Shown in pieces: positions 50,434 through 62,036 of a DNA stretch of 64,000 nt. Position 1 is the first letter of the stretch. The number at the start of each line of letters is the position of its first letter. Made by a program: the position numbers and the translations under genes. The notes beneath the pieces were generated by a model that did not search any database, had not been told where the DNA came from, and was given only the letters and a program-made list of their open reading frames with translations. The stretch is from assembly GCA_964016885.1 (NCBI GenBank), contig OZ024741.1, positions 38,130,001-38,194,000 on the forward strand. Direction: 5' to 3'. The stretch is from Eledone cirrhosa. Its lineage: Eukaryota.

Positions 50434-53400
50434 CAGTTGCATTTATCTTGCTTTATGTTCATACGAGTTATCACCAAGTCACAACCAGTGACCTCAAGAG
50501 ACAACAAGGTCCGCCATGTTCAAGAAAGAACATACATATTCACACATGCATCTTTAGAGTTTAGACTTGTGATGTACTTATATTGACAGAATCTTCCTTA
50601 GTATATGGACAGTTCCCATTAGTACTATCTTTTGTATTTCTCCTATACGCGGGTTTCCTGGGATTTGCGATAAGTAATCATTAGACCCCTTAGGTATCAT
50701 TCCCAGAGCACCTACAACCACTGGTATTGTTTTAGTTCTCAATTTCCACATTTTTCCAATTTCTATCTCCAGGTCCTTATACTTGCTCAATTTTTCAAAT
50801 GTTTTTATAGATACATTCTTGTCTATTGGAACAGACATATCAATTAGCAGGCATACCCTCTTTTGAAAGTCCTTCAATAATATATCAGGTCTATTTGCAT
50901 CTATTTTTCGGTCTGTTTGGATGCTAAAGTTCCACAAGATTGAGATGTGATCTTTTTCAAGTATGGGAGGTGGTTGATGCTCCCACCAATTCTTTTGATG
51001 GGGCAGGTCAAAATGCTTACACATTATCCAATGTATGTATTGTGCAGCTCTGTCATGCCTGTTTAGGTATTCGGTTGGAGCTATAGGACTGCACATTGAA
51101 ATTATATGGTCAATGGTCTCTGGTTGTTTTTTGCATACACAGCATAATGGGCTGCATCCATTTTTTATAATGTTGGCTTGGTAATTTTTTGTTGGCAGAC
51201 ACTGATCTTGTGCTGATATAATCAGTCCTTCAGTCTCCGATTTCAGTCCAGAGGATGCCAACCACTGATGGATTAAAGTTTTGTCAACATCAGGATTGTT
51301 AGCTCGCTCTGGGTATTTTCCATACAGAGGCTTTTCTTGCCATTTCTTAGCCAGTTTCTGTAGCAGTTCTTTCTTTGCAGTTACTTTTACCTGCTTTGCT
51401 TTTTCTGTGTTTTCCATGTCAGCAGTAAATGGGACTTCTGAAATTTGTAGTCCATTACTGTATCTTTGTGCATCTTTTGTAATGGAATATGATCTTTTGA
51501 TGCTTTCGTGTTTCAAAACGAGTTTGATCATCCAATCATGTGATTCCCTTAGATATGTAGATAATCCAATTGTTGCAGTTTTCAACGCAATGTCTAACTG
51601 GATTAACCCACGTCCTCCTTCTTTCCTAGGGAGATATATTCTATCTCTATCTGCCTTAGGGTGATGCATTCTGTGCATGGTTAAGAATTTTCGAACTTTT
51701 GTATCGAGCCTACGGATCTCTGTGCTTGACCAGTTGATGACATTGTAACTGTAGGTTACTACTGTTATGGCAAGCGTGTTTATGGCATCGATCCTATTCC
51801 TTGCATTCAATTCCGTTCTTAAGATTGCTCTTACTCTGCGGTAACATTCCTTCCTTATCCTTTCCCTCATTGTCGAGTGCTTGATTCCGTCTCCTTCACA
51901 AACACCTAGATATTTGTAAGTTTTTTCTTGATCAAGTTCTCTTATCACGTTCCCCCGATCAAGATTAATGTCTGAACTCTTCAGCAGCTTTCCTCTGGTG
52001 AACGTTGCCTTGGCGCATTTATCTAGTCCAAACTCCATTTTAATGTCATCACTGAACTGCTCCACAGTGGATAATAGCCCTTGCAATTGTTCATCATTTT
52101 TTGCAAATAGTTTCAGGTCATCCATGTAGAACAGGTGATTAATGGTTTTGTCATAGACTTTATATCCATGTTTTGTTTCATTGAGCATTTTACTTAATGG
52201 TATAAGAGCGATGCAGAATAAAAGCGGTGATAAAGAGTCACCCTGAAAAATTCCACAATTAATATTAACTTCTCCAGCTTCCAGTGATTTTGTTTCACTA
52301 TTCAAAAGGAGTGTCGTTTTCCATCTCTTCATACTGAATGACAAAAACCTCCTGACAACGGGGGATATTTTGAAAATCTCTAAACATTTTTCAATCCAAC
52401 TGTGTGGCAAACTATCGAATGCTTTTTTATAATCTATCCAAGCAATCGATAGATTTTTGTGTCTATTATGACAATCTTCCAGTATCATTTTGTTAACCAG
52501 AAGCTGATCCTTACAGCCATATGAGCCTCGTTTACACCCTTTCTGCTCAATGGGAAATAGGTCATTTGTTATCAGGTGGTCATATGTGTATTCAGTTAGG
52601 ACTGATGTTAAAATTTCATACATTGTGGTCAAGCAAGTTATCGGTCTGTAATTTTTGGGATTGTTTGTCTCATCATTCTTCGGAAGCAGGAATGTAATGC
52701 CGTTAACTAGCCATGAAGGCATCTTTTCTGGCTCCTTAACTATTTCATTGTAAAGTTGGGCTAACAGCTCATGAGACTCTGTGAAGGCATTTATCCAAAA
52801 GTTTTGTATTTTGTCTTTTCCTGGGGATTTCCATTTGCTGGTTTTTCTTAGAGCCAACGCAACTGTTCAACTGTTATATTTTCCCATGTTTGTTCCTCAA
52901 GGTGAGCTGTATCTTTCATTTGTCTGTCTATCCATGGGGCATGTATGTTATGAACTTTTTCTTCGGCCCAGATCTTTTCCCAGAATTCTTGCACTTCCTC
53001 CTTGGGTGGTATTGATTTAGCAGTTATTGTTGACTTGCCAATTTTTCTGTAGAAGTTTCTTTGGTTGTTTTTGAACATATTATTGTCCTTATAGAATCTA
53101 GATCGTTTTTCAAAGCGCCTTATACGAGCAGCTTTGGCCGACACTTTTTGCTTGATTATTTCTATCAGCATGTCTATGTCACATGTTGATTTTATACTGT
53201 ACTTTTTTTTCAATTTTCTAAGTTTAGTTTGTTTAACATGTTCACCTACTTTATAGTTTGTTAAAATTTCTATGTCAGATCGGAGAAGGTTTATTTGGCG
53301 ATTGATGTTCTCTTGCCAAGTAGATTTCTTGTGGGAATTCCTTTGTTTTTTCATCTTCACTCCACATAAGTGAGTGGTGACTTTAGCCGATGCATAATAG

Positions 53401-53545
53401 AGATGATTTAAATCAGTAATGTTTAGTTTGTTTGTGATGATAATGTTTTTGAGAATTATGTTAGTCTTGTGTATTATCATTTGGTTCTGTTTGGAGTTCT
53501 GGATCTTAGGGAGGGTGTCTCGTTGCCCCATGTCAGATTCTTTCA

Positions 53546-53547
<2 letters not shown>
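50434..53547 (-). mobile_element. R4/Dong-type element, family E (5'-truncated, one frameshift)
   Basis: ORFs 52848-53546 and 50578-52857: IFQGDSLSP, FYMDDL, CCVC..HIISMC, RHD, RPDILL..IDMSVP; distinct 3'UTR. Confidence 0.9.
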
Positions 53548-53618
<71 letters not shown>

Positions 53619-53630
53619 GTTGTTGTTATT

Positions 53631-56600
53631 CCTTGAATCTCAGTCATTGATGTTGGTTAACTGGAAAGTCCGTTGGAATGAATATCAAGCCACTACCTGC
53701 AGCCTCAGATATTCAGGACGTATCGGAGGGTTCTTGCTGTTCCAAGCAAGCATGCCTTTTGAAGCGTTCCAAAAAGCGTGAAGGGGCCGATTTTCTTTAA
53801 CCATCCCTGGAAACTTTTGGAGATAGTCCCCAGTGCGCCTATGACAATCGGGATCACTTTGACTTCATGGCAGTTCCAAATCCTTTTCACCTCCCACTTT
53901 AGGTCCTGGTATCGGTTAATTTTCTCCTTCTCCTTCTCTTGCACTCTCGTGTCGAACGGGCAGGCCACATCCACAATCAGACACGATCTTTTTTCTTTGT
54001 CCACAACCACCAGGTCAGGTCTATTGTGTTCCAGTTTTTTGTCCGTCTGTATCCTAAAATCCCACAGCACCTTCACCTGATTGTTCTCCATCACCGCCTC
54101 TGGCCTATGCTCATACCATTTCTCAGAATGTGGTAAATTGTTTACTTTGCACAGGTGCCAGTGGATCACCCTGCCCATCACATCGTGTCTCCAGCCCTTA
54201 TAGTGGGTCTGGGCTAGGTGTTTACACTCGGACACAATGTGAGCCACAGTCTCCTCTCTCTCTCCACAGATCCTGCACAGTGGGCTAGCCTCCTCCTTGT
54301 AAATATGGTGCTTCAACCACTTCGTTTTGAGGGCCTGCTCCTGCGCAGCCATTAGCATTCCTTCTGTAGCCTTTTTGAGGTCTCCTCTTCTCAACCAGTT
54401 CCATGTCTGTGGATCTCTAAATTCAGTTTTCTCAAAGAAGGTACTATGAAGGGATTTTCCCTTAAGGCTGCTCTTCCTCCTTGATGTTATTTCCTCCTTG
54501 GACATCCCCTGGCCTACTGTCCCCTCCTTCAGTACAGTTCTGAGCATTGGCTCCTTACTATAGGTCACGTATTTGTATAGGTTGTTTTTCTCCATCTGAA
54601 CACAGTCCTCTATGCTGATAAGACCTCTTCCACCCTCAGATCTCCTTAGGTAGAGTCTATCGACATCACTCCTCTTGTGGAACATGTTGTAGATAGTCAA
54701 TAGCTTCCTAGTCTTCCTATCCATTTCTTTTTGTTCAGCAACATTCCATCTCAGAATTCCCGCACTGTACCTAATAATAGGCACAGCTCGGGAATTTACT
54801 GCGCTTATGGCATTTCTGCTGTTCAGATGTGACTTCAATACGCTCCTTACTCTCCGAATGTATTCAGTTCTTAACAATTCCTTCATTTTTTTGTTCTTTA
54901 TGCCATCAGCCTCCAGAACGCCCAAATACTTGTATCCTTCCTCAGAGTCAATTTCCTTTATCATCTCACCTGTTGGTATCTGGATCCCGTTACTTCTGCT
55001 CAACCTACCCCTCCTCATCACAATGACTCCACATTTACCAATACCAAACTGCATACATATATCACTGCTGAAAATACGGACAGTGTCAACAAGCACATCC
55101 AACTCCTTCTCACTTTTCCCGAAGAGCTTAAGATCGTCCATGAAGAGGAGGTGATTGATGGTAAGCTCTCCCCTTCCCAACTTGTATCCTGCTCTCACTT
55201 TTCGCAGCATAATGGTCAAGGGCATCAGGGCAAGGACAAACAACAGAGGGGACAGGCTATCTCCCTGGAAGATACCTCTCTTGATCTTCACGCTTCCCAA
55301 GGATACTCCAGTTGATGTCAACTCTGTCTCCCAGGACCCCATACTCCTGCCCAGCAACTGTCTGATGTTATCCGCCACCCTGAAGATCTCCAGGCTTTTG
55401 GTGATCCAAGAATGAGGCACCATGTCAAATGCCTTTCTGTAGTCTATCCATCCCATGGCAAGATCAGTGTGTCTCCTCCTGCAATTCCCCATTACCATCT
55501 TATCAATAAGTAACTGGTCCTTTGTACCACGTGACTTCTTTCGGCATCCTTTCTGTTCGTCCGGTAACAAGTTGTTTGTGTGGAGGTGATGGTAGATTTC
55601 CTCAGACACAATGCTCGTCAACAGTTTCCACATTACGGACAGACATGTGATAGGTCTATAGTTGGTAACATCATTACCCTTGATTCGGTCTTTCATTATC
55701 AGAACTGTGGTACCTTTTGTCAACCACTCTGGCACCTCACCCGACACCAAGCAGTCATTGAACATGGCCGTCAGCTTCGGGTGGAGGGATGTTAAATGTT
55801 TAATCCAATACCCCTGCACACCATCTGGGCCTGGTGATTTCCAGTTGGTTAGTTTTTTGGCCTGCCCCTTAAGAGTTTCAGCTGTGATACTCAAATCAGT
55901 TTGTTGTTGTGCCTGCTCACCGATCTCCCTCTGTACTGTCTCAATCCACCCTGCCTGGACATTATGTCTAACATCCTGCTCCCATTCCTCTCCAGAATGT
56001 TTTAGTTTGCTCCGCCCCAGGGATCAAGTCGTTGCCTCTTTCTTTCCCCTCAAGCTGTCCAAACAGCATCTTCTGGTTGTTGTCGAACATGCGGTTCTGT
56101 TTATACTGACTGACTCTGTTCTCGTATCGCCTGATTTTTGCACTCTTTGCTACAATGCGTTGCTTCAGTTCCTCTATGATAATATTTAGCTTTTTCCTCC
56201 TAGTTTTGTATTTTATTTCCAGTCTATTTTTAGTGCCTATGTTTTTTAGTGTCCCATTCATTAGTGACTCAAGCTTTCCTATGTCATTTCTCATTTCCCC
56301 GATTTGCCCACTCAGTCGCTTCTTCCACCACGGCTCTGCTCTTTCTTGTCTGTTGTTTCCTCTCGCTTTTATACCGAGTAGTTTCCTCACCGTATTTGCT
56401 GTTGCTTTGAGGATATTGTTGCACTGGTGAAGGCTCCTCGCCTCAAGGTATGGGATGACTTTGTTTACCTTAGCTGTTGTTTCTTTTAACTTTTTCCTGT
56501 CTACAAATCTTAGGTTCATAGGTCTCCCACTATCATTGTTCAATTCATCTACCACTAAATTTAGGATGTCAACCGAATCTTGTCCTAGCCCGTCAGCATT

Positions 56601-57196
56601 CATCTCCTCAGTGGCCGTATCTCTGTTCCAGGTATTATTTATCTCAGTATTCAGATCATTGTCTGCTTCGGGTGGTTCCTCTGTTCTCTCGACCTCTTCA
56701 CCTTCATTTCCCACTGGCTCGTTTGCCTGGCATACTCCACCCTCCATCTCCAAGCTAATCTCTCTGCTCAGTTCCTCCAGTTCCAGCTCGCTTATCCACC
56801 CATTAGTTCTTATTACCCGAGCCTGCCCGGCCAATTTTTGTTCATCTAATTTAAATAGACCAATCTCGTTCCAGATGTTATGCATCCGTCTCCTATAGCC
56901 CCTCTCCTTGGGGTTACTTTTCAGGTAACATTGCATAACAGTTCTATTCAATTCTTTCGTCCAGTTGGTTCTGGCCCCTTTCCTTCTTCTCCTTCCTCCA
57001 ACATCAGCAGTATTTGGTTGACAGTCAGGTTCCTGCTGCTGAGCCAGGGGGCACCTGTTGGGTGAGAGTCTGTCACATGACGTTCTAGTCTCCATTTCAC
57101 CGTTATTCGAACTGTTTATGTTCGATATTTAAACACTCTTATCGAGGATTGGCGAATGTATGGTTACATAGCCATCTGTGGATCCGCCATTCCACA

Positions 57197-57197
<1 letters not shown>
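53631..57197 (-). mobile_element. Dong family D, copy D2 (near full length, frameshift at ~55985)
   Basis: ORFs 55968-57095 and 53705-55894; 2-nt deletion relative to D3. Confidence 0.92.
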
Positions 57198-57230
<33 letters not shown>

Positions 57231-57242
57231 GTTATTGTTATT

Positions 57243-60200
57243 CCTTGAATCTCAGTCATTGATGTTGGTTAACTGGAAAGTCCGTTGGATTGAATATCAA
57301 GCCACTACCTGCAGCCTCAGATATTCAGGACGTATCGGAGGGTTCTTGCCGTTCCAAGCAAGCATGCCTTTTGAAGCGTTCCAAAAAGCGTGAAGGGGCC
57401 GATTTTCTTTAACCATCCCTGGAAACCTTTGGAGATAGTCCCCAGTGCGCCTATGACAATCGGGATCACTTTGACTTCATGGCAGTTCCAAATCCTTTTC
57501 ACCTCCCACTTTAGGTCCTGGTATCGGTTAATTTTCTCCCTCTCCTTCTCTTGCACTCTCGTGTCGAACGGGCAGGCCACATCCACAATCAGGCACGATC
57601 TTTTTTCTTTGTCCACAACCACCAGGTCAGGTCTATTGTGTTCCAGTTTTTTGTCCGTCTGTATCCTAAAATCCCACAGCACCTTCACCTGATTGTTCTC
57701 CATCACCGCCTCTGGCCTATGCTCATACCATTTCTCAGAATGTGGTAGATTGTTTACTTTGCACAGGTGCCAGTGGATCACCCTGCCCATCACATCGTGT
57801 CTCCAGCCCTTATAGTGGGTCTGGGCTAGGTGTTTACACTCGGACACAATGTGAGCCACAGTCTCCTCTCTCTCTCCACAGATCCTGCACAGTGGGCTAG
57901 CCTCCTCCTTGTAGATATGGTGCTTCAACCACTTCGTTTTGAGGGCCTGCTCCTGCGCAGCCATTAGCATTCCTTCTGTAGCCTTTTTGAGGTCTCCTCT
58001 TCTCAACCAGTTCCATGTCTGTGGATCTCTAAATTCAGTTTTCTCAAAGAAGGTACTATGAAGGGATTTTCCCTTAAGGCTGCTCTTCCTCCTTGATGTT
58101 ATTTCCTCCTTGGGTATCCCCTGGCCTACTGTCCCCTCCTTCAGTACAGCTCTGAGCATTGGCTCCTTACTATAGGTCACGTATTTGTATAGGTTGTTTT
58201 TCTCCATCTGAACACAGTCCTCTATGCTGATAAGACCTCTTCCACCCTCAGATCTCCTTAGGTAGAGTCTATCGACATCACTCCTCTTGTGGAACATGTT
58301 GTAGATAGTCAATAGCTTCCTAGTCTTCCTATCCATTTCTTTTTGTTCAGCAACATTCCATCTCAGAATTCCCGCACTGTACCTAATAATAGACACAGCT
58401 CGGGAATTTACTGCGCTTATGGCATTTCTGCTGTTCAGATGTGACTTCAATACGCTCCTTACTCTCCGAATGTATTCAGTTCTTAACAATTCCTTCATTT
58501 TTTTGTTCTTTATGCCATCAGCCTCCAGAACGCCCAAATACTTGTATCCTTCCTCAGAGTCAATTTCCTTTATCATCTCACCTGTTGGTATCTGGATCCC
58601 GTTACCTCTGCTCAACCTACCCCTCCTCATCACAATGACTCCACATTTACCAATACCAAACTGCATACATATATCACTGCTGAAAATACGGACAGTGTCA
58701 ACAAGCACATCCAACTCCTTCTCACTTTTCCCGAAGAGCTTAAGGTCGTCCATGAAGAGGAGGTGATTGATGGTAAGCTCTCCCCTTCCCAACTTGTATC
58801 CTGCTCTCACTTTTCGCAGCATAATGGTCAAGGGCATCAGGGCAAGGACAAACAACAGAGGGGACAGGCTATCTCCCTGGAAGATACCTCTCTTGATCTT
58901 CACGCTTCCCAAGGATACTCCAGTTGATGTCAACTCTGTCTCCCAGGACCCCATACTCCTGCCCAGCAACTGTCTGATGTTATCTGCCACCCTGAAGATC
59001 TCCAGGCTTTTGGTGATCCAGGAATGAGGCACCATGTCAAATGCCTTTCTGTAGTCTATCCATCCCATGGCAAGATCAGTGTGTCTCCTCCTGCAATTCC
59101 CCATTACCATCTTATCAATAAGCAACTGGTCCTTTGTACCACGTGACTTCTTTCGGCATCCTTTCTGTTCGTCCGGCAACAAGTTGTTTGTGTGGAGGTG
59201 ATGGTAGATTTCCTCAGACACAATGCTCGTCAACAGTTTCCACATTACGGGCAGACATGTGATAGGTCTATAGTTGGTGACATCATTACCCTTGATTTGG
59301 TCTTTCATTATCAGAACTGTGGTACCTTTTGTCAACCACTCTGGCACCTCACCCGACACCAAGCAGTCATTGAACATGGCCGTCAGCTTCGGGTGGAGGG
59401 ATGTTAAATGTTTAATCCAATACCCCTGCACACCATCTGGGCCTGGTGATTTCCAGTTGGTTAGTTTTTTGGCTTGCCCCTTAAGAGTTTCAACTGTGAT
59501 ACTCAAATCAGTCTGTTGCTGTGCCTGCTCACCGATCTCCCTCTGTACTGTCTCAATCCACCCTGCCTGGGCATTGTGTCTAACATCCTGCTCCCATATT
59601 CCTCTCCAGAATGTTTTAGCTTGTTCCGCCCCAGGGATCAAGTCGGTGCCTCTTTCTTTCCCCTCAAGCTGTCCAAACAGCATCTTCTGGTTGTTGTCGA
59701 ACATGCGGTTCTGTTTATACTGACTGACTCTGTTCTCGTATCGCCTGATTTTGGCACTCTTTGCTACAATGCGTTGCTTCAATTCCTCTATGATAATATT
59801 TAGCTTTTTACTCCTAGTTTTGTATTTTATTTCCAGTCTATTTTTAGTGCCTATGTTTTTTAGTGTCCCATTCAGTAGTGACTCAAGCTTTCCTATGTCA
59901 TTTCTCATTTCCCCGATTTGCCCACTCAGTCGCTTCTTCCACCACGGCTCTGCTCTTTCTTGTCTGTTGTTTCCTCTCGCTTTTATACCAAGTAGTTTCC
60001 TCACCGTATTTGCTGTTGCTTTGAGGATATTGTTGCACTGGTGAAGACTCCTCGCCTCAAGGTATGGGATGACTTTGTTTACCTTAGCTGTTGTTTCTTT
60101 TAACTTTTTCCTGTCTACAAATCTTAGGTTCATAGGTCTCCCACTATCATTGTTCAACTCATCTACCACTAAATTTAGGATGTCAACCGAATCTTGTCCT

Positions 60201-60825
60201 AGCCCGTCAGCATTCATCTCCTCAGTGGCCGTATCTCTGTTCCAGGTATTATTTATCTCAGTATTCAGATCATTGTCTGCTTCGGGTGGTTCCTTCGCTC
60301 TCAGGACCTCCTCACCTTCATTTCCCGCCGGCTCGCTTGTCTGGCATACTACACCCGCCATCTCCAAGCCATTCTCTCTGCTCAGTTCCTCCAGTTCCAG
60401 CTCGCTTATCCACCCATTAGTTCTTATTACCCGAGCCTGCCCGGCCAATTTTTGTTCATCTAATTTAAATAAACCAATCTCGTTCCAGATGTTATGCATC
60501 CGTCTCCTGTAGCCCCTCTCCTTGGGGTTACTTTTCAGGTAGCATTGCATAACAGTTCTATTCAATTCTTTCGTCCAGTTGGTTCTGGCCCCTTTCCTTC
60601 TTCTTCTTCCTCCAACATCAGCAGTATTTCGTTGACAGTCAGGTTCCTGCTGCTGAGCCAGGGGGCACCTGTTGGGTGAGAGTCTGTCACATGACGTTCT
60701 AGTCTCCATTTCACCGTTATTCGAACTGTTTATGTTCGATATTTAAACACTCTTATCGAGGATTGGCGAATGTATGTTTACATAGCCATCTGTGGATCCG
60801 CCATCCCACTTGGCCCTTGTGTGGC
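57243..60825 (-). mobile_element. Dong family D, copy D3 (intact)
   Basis: Single uninterrupted ORF, ~115-nt 5' leader, 74-nt 3'UTR, then (AAT)n. Confidence 0.93.
57317..60709 (-). CDS. 1130-aa R4/Dong protein: Myb-like N-terminus, RT, CCHC finger, PD-(D/E)xK restriction-like endonuclease
   Basis: RTNWTKELN..GYRRRMHNIW; IFQGDSLSP; LFMDDLKL; CRICGEREETVAHIVSEC; RHD; RPDLVVVD...IVDVACP...EKINRY. Confidence 0.94.
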   Translation of the reverse strand: METRTSCDRLSPNRCPLAQQQEPDCQRNTADVGGRRRRKGARTNWTKELNRTVMQCYLKSNPKERGYRRRMHNIWNEIGLFKLDEQKLAGQARVIRTNGWISELELEELSRENGLEMAGVVCQTSEPAGNEGEEVLRAKEPPEADNDLNTEINNTWNRDTATEEMNADGLGQDSVDILNLVVDELNNDSGRPMNLRFVDRKKLKETTAKVNKVIPYLEARSLHQCNNILKATANTVRKLLGIKARGNNRQERAEPWWKKRLSGQIGEMRNDIGKLESLLNGTLKNIGTKNRLEIKYKTRSKKLNIIIEELKQRIVAKSAKIRRYENRVSQYKQNRMFDNNQKMLFGQLEGKERGTDLIPGAEQAKTFWRGIWEQDVRHNAQAGWIETVQREIGEQAQQQTDLSITVETLKGQAKKLTNWKSPGPDGVQGYWIKHLTSLHPKLTAMFNDCLVSGEVPEWLTKGTTVLIMKDQIKGNDVTNYRPITCLPVMWKLLTSIVSEEIYHHLHTNNLLPDEQKGCRKKSRGTKDQLLIDKMVMGNCRRRHTDLAMGWIDYRKAFDMVPHSWITKSLEIFRVADNIRQLLGRSMGSWETELTSTGVSLGSVKIKRGIFQGDSLSPLLFVLALMPLTIMLRKVRAGYKLGRGELTINHLLFMDDLKLFGKSEKELDVLVDTVRIFSSDICMQFGIGKCGVIVMRRGRLSRGNGIQIPTGEMIKEIDSEEGYKYLGVLEADGIKNKKMKELLRTEYIRRVRSVLKSHLNSRNAISAVNSRAVSIIRYSAGILRWNVAEQKEMDRKTRKLLTIYNMFHKRSDVDRLYLRRSEGGRGLISIEDCVQMEKNNLYKYVTYSKEPMLRAVLKEGTVGQGIPKEEITSRRKSSLKGKSLHSTFFEKTEFRDPQTWNWLRRGDLKKATEGMLMAAQEQALKTKWLKHHIYKEEASPLCRICGEREETVAHIVSECKHLAQTHYKGWRHDVMGRVIHWHLCKVNNLPHSEKWYEHRPEAVMENNQVKVLWDFRIQTDKKLEHNRPDLVVVDKEKRSCLIVDVACPFDTRVQEKEREKINRYQDLKWEVKRIWNCHEVKVIPIVIGALGTISKGFQGWLKKIGPFTLFGTLQKACLLGTARTLRYVLNI

Positions 60826-61377
60826 ATTATCACCACGCTGTATACGGACACACATAAACAAACAAACACACGGGCAGAAAGGGCCCCAAAAATGAATAAG
60901 CATAAGTTTCATTGTAATGTAGTATTCGAATGTCCGACTTAGTTTTTGTTTTTTAAGTTTTACTTTTCCCCCCCTCTTCTCTGTCCGTCCGCCTGCTTCT
61001 CTCTTCATTCTTATTTTCTTTACGTTTTTGGGGTTTCTTTTTTTGTTTTTGTTTTTCTCTGTTTTTCTCGTTTTTTACTGTTGTTGCTGTGCTGCTTTTG
61101 TTGTTTGTTTTTTCTTTTTTCTTTTGAGTCTATCTATATATTTTGATGCCTTCCTCTTTGTTAGTAGTAGGAATTCTATAATGTGGAAGTGGTAGCCAGC
61201 AGAGACTAGCGGCGTTGGCGATACTGAGACAGTGGTGGCGGTGATGTCGATACCGAGGCAGCGGTGGCGGTGATGCGACCGTATTACTGTAGTGATGGTG
61301 CTGTAGCGGTGGCAGCAGCAGTGAAGGAGTCAGGGGGTGGTGGCGGCGGTGATGGGACAGCGGTGGCAATGATGGCC

Positions 61378-61435
<58 letters not shown>

Positions 61436-61474
61436 GTCCTGGGTCATATTATTATTATTATTATTATTGTTATT

Positions 61475-61953
61475 CCTTGAATCTCAGTCATTGATGTTGG
61501 TTAACTGGAAAGTCCGTTGGATTGAATATCAAGCCACTACCTGCAGCCTCAGATATTCAGGACGTATCGGAGGGTTCTTGCTGTTCCAAGCAAGCATGCC
61601 TTTTGAAGCGTTCCAAAAAGCGTGAAGGGGCCGATTTTCTTTAACCATCCCTGGAAACTTTTGGAGATAGTCCCCAGTGCGCCTATGACAATCGGGATCA
61701 CTTTGACTTCATGGCAGTTCCAAATCCTTTTCACCTCCCACTTTAGGTCCTGGTATCGGTTAATTTTCTCTCTCTCCTTCTCTTGCACTCTCGTGTCGAA
61801 CGGGCAGGCCACATCCACAATCAGACACGTTCTTTTTTCTTTGTCCACAACCACCAGGTCAGGTCTATTGTGTTCCAGTTTTTTGTCCGTCTGTATCCTA
61901 AAATCCCACAGCACCTTCACCTGATTGTTCTCCATCACCGCCTCTGGCCTATG

Positions 61954-61958
<5 letters not shown>
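61475..61958 (-). mobile_element. Dong family D, copy D4 (5'-truncated, RLE region only)
   Basis: 3' end identical to D2/D3; flanked by duplicated (TTA)n-TGTCCTGGGTCA. Confidence 0.9.

Positions 61959-62036
<78 letters not shown>

Noticed and set aside
14194-60679. Recurrent antisense and alternative-frame ORFs within the retrotransposons
   Set aside because: Shadows of the real ORFs, repeated only because the copies are near-identical.
60710-60830. HDV-like ribozyme at the Dong 5' end; also the GGCCCTTGTG match to Tx1 3' ends
   Set aside because: P3/L3/P1.1 could not be fitted, and the 10-nt match lacks the AATAAAGAAATC part and may be chance.
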